DNA from: Chiloscyllium plagiosum
Taxonomy: Eukaryota
DNA length: 64,000 bases
Reading direction: 5' to 3'
Assembly: GCF_004010195.1 (NCBI RefSeq)
Contig: NC_057718.1
Span: 42,568,902-42,632,901, forward strand
In this document: piece after piece, positions 61,854 to 64,000 of the stretch
Layout: each line of letters begins with the position of its first letter
How positions within the stretch are numbered: position 1 is the first letter of the stretch
Program-made: the position numbers and the translations under genes
The notes under the pieces: generated by a model
Databases searched by the model: none
What the model was told of the DNA's origin: nothing
What the model saw: the letters and a program-made list of their open reading frames with translations, nothing else

Positions 61854-63194
61854 CGTTGAACCACTGGGCACTTTTGCAGTGAATACTGTTGCAGCAATTC
61901 AAAGAAGGAAAATGGAACCCTACATACACAGGGCACTCATAGATTCAAAATGTGACATTGGATCCCTGGATTGTAACATTGCTCTGGAGGGAAAATGCCA
62001 TTGTTCCACAAGTAGCCAGTATATAGTCAAGACACATCCTTGGGAGCAGGTTGCTGAGATTATCAATTTTCTTAGTGGACCTGATATTACTGAAGAGTCA
62101 TTGATGGTCTACAGAATGGAAACAGGCGCTATAGCCCAACCTGTTCATGCTGCCCAGTTTTCACAGTTAAGCTAGTCCCATTTACCCTGAAGCCATCACT
62201 CAAACCGTCACTACCTTCGTCATCATTGAAGCCACCACATCGCTGCCATAGCCATGAAGAACAAACTGGAACCACCATGCCCCCACTGCAGAAACCAATG
62301 CACCGCAGTCAGGAGGAACATACCAGACCCAACAAGTCACCGACGATGAAGCCTTCACTCAAGCTGTGGCCACCGTGGCACAGAAAGGACATCGGGATCC
62401 ACCACACTATCGCCACTGCAGTAGGCCCTCACAACAGCCTTCCTCCACTGTAACTGCAGAAAAGAAGAACAGGTACATTTTGATACAAAAGAGCCTTAAC
62501 ACTTCCTACCCTTCCACTGCCATCTTGAATTAATTTAAGGAGGAATTAGTTCTCTACATTATGGGACCAGAGGACAGAGCCCCTGGCATTCGTATTGCTG
62601 AGAACATTGAGGATAGTGATCCTGCCTTATGTCTCTTTTCAAATCCGAGCATTTCCTAATCCTGGTATCTGGCATGATAAACCAGCTGCCGAGAGTGTGA
62701 CCATACACACTTGATTTCCACTTCACCCAAAACCTTCCCCTTCTGATTTCCAGCTTTCAGACACAGAATATCCAAAATAAACAGCAGGTTATAGTATACA
62801 ACTTAGGATGAGAATCTTCAGGTGACCTTCACAGCCATAAGCTCAGATACTGCTCATACCTCGAACACAAGTACATAGTTCGGGATCTGCATGTAGTAAG
62901 TCACCAGAAACCATAGACCGCAGCAGAACCAGAGGAAAAGGAGAGTCTGTATGCCAGCTCATCAGAGCGGGAACTTACAAATGATTTCTGCTCCAGAGGT
63001 TCTGATAAGGACATTGATATGTGATGGCATACAGGTAAACATTGACAATGCTCACCAAGATGCTTGATATATTGGCAGGGCTGATAGAAAGTGTCCTGTC
63101 ACTATCAAGTGATTATTTAAATTGATTTTCTTTAAGTTCTTATTTAAATTATGCGAAGTTACAGACCTCTGAGATGCAGAGAGATTAGGGTGTC

Positions 63195-64000
63195 CTGACT
63201 CTGGGGGAAGCTAGGGAAGTGAGTACTGGGCCCCTTGTTGAAATATTTGTATCATCAATAGTCACAGGTGAGGTGCCAGAAGACTGGAGGTTCAATAACA
63301 TGGTGCCACTATTTAAGAAAGGTGGTAAGGAAAAGTCAGGGAACTATAGAACGGTGATGGGCAAGTTGTTGGAGGGAATCCTGAGGGACAGGATTTACAT
63401 ATATTTGGAAAGGCAAGAACTGATTAGGGATAGTCAACATGGTTTTGTGTGTGGGAAATCATGTCTCATGAACTTGATTGAGAATTTTGAAGAAGTAACA
63501 AAGGGGATTGACGAAGGCAGAGCGTGGACGTATATGGGCTTCAATAAGGCATTCGACAAGATTCCTCATGGTGGACTGGTTCGCAAAGTTATATCATATG
63601 GAATAGAGGGAGAACTAGCTATTTAGATATAGAACTGGCTCGAAGGTGGTGGTGGAGGGTTGCTTTTCAGACTGGAGGCCTGTGATCAGTGGTGTGTCAC
63701 AAGGATTGGTGCTGGGTCCACTGCTTTTCGTCATGTATATAATTGATTTGGATGTGAACATAGGAGGTATAGTTAGTAAGTTTGCAGATGGCAGCAAAAT
63801 TGGAAGTGTAGTGGACGTCAAAGAAGATTACCTCAAAGTACAACAGGATCTTGATCAGATGGGCCACTGGGTCGAGGAGTGGCAAATGGAGTTTAATTTA
63901 GATAAATGTGAAGTGCTACATTTAGGAAAGGAAAATCGGGACAGGACTTATACACTTGATGGTAAGGTCCTGGGAAGTGTTGCTGAACAAAGAGACCTTG
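63195..64000 (+). mobile_element. 5'-truncated CR1 ORF2 (RT), runs off the window end; similar to the 36.4-40.6 kb subfamily
   Basis: ORF 63219-63626 has VPEDWR..VPLFKKG..GNYR..QHGFVCGKSCL; SGVSQGLVLGPLLF and KFADGSKIG follow. Confidence 0.95.

Noticed and set aside
1..64000. CRISPR arrays, operons or prokaryotic systems
   Set aside because: No regularly spaced repeats or gene-dense regions; the content is typical vertebrate repeat-rich DNA.

Overview
Vertebrate, repeat-dense, AT-rich non-coding DNA. The HE1-type SINEs and HER1/CR1 LINEs point to an elasmobranch (shark), which is an inference. I cannot recognise any host protein-coding exon, rRNA, tRNA or CRISPR array. The window is a mosaic of CR1 LINEs, including one near-full-length copy broken by an 889-N gap. 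It also holds at least three Penelope-like element (PLE) families, tRNA-derived SINEs, solo LTRs and fossil DNA transposases (Harbinger, hAT). The most notable structure is the set of PLE insertions. They carry readable 6-13 bp target-site duplications (TSDs) and minimal type I hammerhead ribozyme motifs, three with an intact catalytic core. They include an 87-nt ribozyme-plus-tail insertion, an inverted-terminus PLE with an LTR nested in its end, and a PLE whose interior is replaced by a tail-less CR1 fragment. A possible spliced + strand transcript (15.5-19.9 kb) and a 54-codon ORF are speculative. I found no convincingly new biological system. Boundaries of old repeats are approximate.
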